DNA of 61,707 bases, filler included, from Jimgerdemannia flammicorona (lineage: Eukaryota), in assembly GCA_003990765.1 (NCBI GenBank). It is 2 parts of 2 records of this genome, joined end to end, with 100 filler letters (N's around TTAATTAATTAA, not from the genome) between each part and the next. Parts side by side here need not be neighbours in the genome. Positions count along the whole stretch, not along the records: positions 30,915 to 61,707 come from RBNJ01000425.1; 1 more part is not named here. The stretch is one strand, 5' to 3'. Made by a program: the position numbers and the translations under genes. This document shows, one piece after another, positions 60,901-61,707 of this stretch (position 1 is its first letter; each line of letters opens with the position of its first letter). The notes under the pieces were generated by a model. That model was not told the DNA's origin. It was given only the letters and a program-made list of their open reading frames with translations, and ran no database searches.

Positions 60901-61630
60901 TCAGCTTGGCAATGGAATGGAATGTATGAGGGGGCTCGTGGGTGACATGTGGCCTGATGCATGGCAAAGAGTAGGGATTGGCAAGGAGTGGAACTGGAAT
61001 GGTATCTGGCCTTGGAGCAAGCAGGTAATGTAATGGCTTCCCCCCAAGTTCTGGGTGGTATGGTGGAGGTTCCTAAGGCGGAATGTGATGCTGAACTATC
61101 AGTCAGGGCACTTGGTGGAAGATGGTGCATTTGATTGTGAGGAATGCATAGATATTGGCCAGAAGGGGGGAGTGGTACAAATGCCAGAACATTGGCTAGG
61201 TGAGTGTGAAGTTTTGGGAGAGTTTTGGCACAGTATTTCTAGCAGACTGAGATTGCAGCCCCTGGTGGGGGGGGATGGAGGGAGATGGGGGGACCTCTAG
61301 CAAAGGTTAGTTGGTGGGGTGGGAGATAAATGGTTGACCTTGCGATGGACCCTGGCAATTTAGATAGAGATGGCTGATCATTGGCTTCATGTCTTTGAGA
61401 AGGGCCAGCAGGTTGGAATTGGAGCTAGGGTAGTATGTTGGGAATGGTTAATACTTGACATTTTGAATAGTTGGTGGAGAGGGTGGAGACCAGGTGGGGG
61501 GGGCTATCAGAACCTGGTGAATTGTATTTGTAAAAAGATTGGAGAGAGGGTTCAGGTGATAGTTGGTTGGGTTGTCCTTCAGCAGAGAGAGATAGAGAGT
61601 AGTGAGGGGGATCTGAGGTGCATTGGCTGA
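57969..61630 (+). pseudogene. LINE ORF2 (APE + RT + C-terminal CCHC)
   Basis: RIFSLNMNGLRG, LGSDFNIV, TAPGEDRL, FLDQEKTYNRV, GVPQGDPLLPILY, AFADD, CEEC..PEHWLGEC. Confidence 0.92.
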
Positions 61631-61707
61631 GGGGTTGTGAGTACATATTTATTATTATTTATAGATTGAGTGGTAATAAATAGAAGTCTAAGTGACTATA
61701 AAAAAAA

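Larger units (their letters stand above)
55961..61707 (+). mobile_element. Near full-length L1/Tx1-like LINE, degenerate (5' boundary approximate)
   Basis: ORF1 at ~56200-57940, ORF2 from 57969, and the terminal motif plus poly(A) at the window end. Confidence 0.9.

Overview
Eukaryotic, transposon-saturated DNA. It is probably fungal (inference from element types), and no host gene, RNA gene or CRISPR array can be supported. From left to right: (1) a full-length Ty1/copia element (49-5132; 154-bp LTRs, TATAT TSD) inserted in a minus-strand LINE 3' fragment; (2) a minus-strand dUTPase-carrying Ty3/gypsy element B (5643-22075) whose ~1.57-kb LTRs contain a decayed protein-coding frame, and which hosts two hAT-type MITEs, a poly(A)/TSD retro-insertion built around a 9-mer minisatellite, and a Penelope-like element (PLE); (3) three nested or adjacent copies of a plus-strand dUTPase gypsy family C (22402-54598), interrupted by an assembly gap, a full-length L1/Tx1-like LINE, a poly(A) retrocopy and a truncated LINE; (4) a small piggyBac-like MITE, a second 9-mer array and another full-length LINE running to the window end. 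Everything is decaying, almost entirely by C>T/G>A transitions. The most notable object is the PLE at 8770-13058. It lacks an endonuclease, shows no telomeric repeats, has ORF1 and RT joined by a candidate -1 frameshift signal, ends on both sides at the same nucleotide of its repeat in opposite orientations, and is flanked by a ~1005-bp target duplication. This suggests endonuclease-free integration primed from two DNA 3' ends about 1 kb apart. Also notable: both gypsy families place integrase and a further accessory ORF in separate frames with overlapping stop/start codons.
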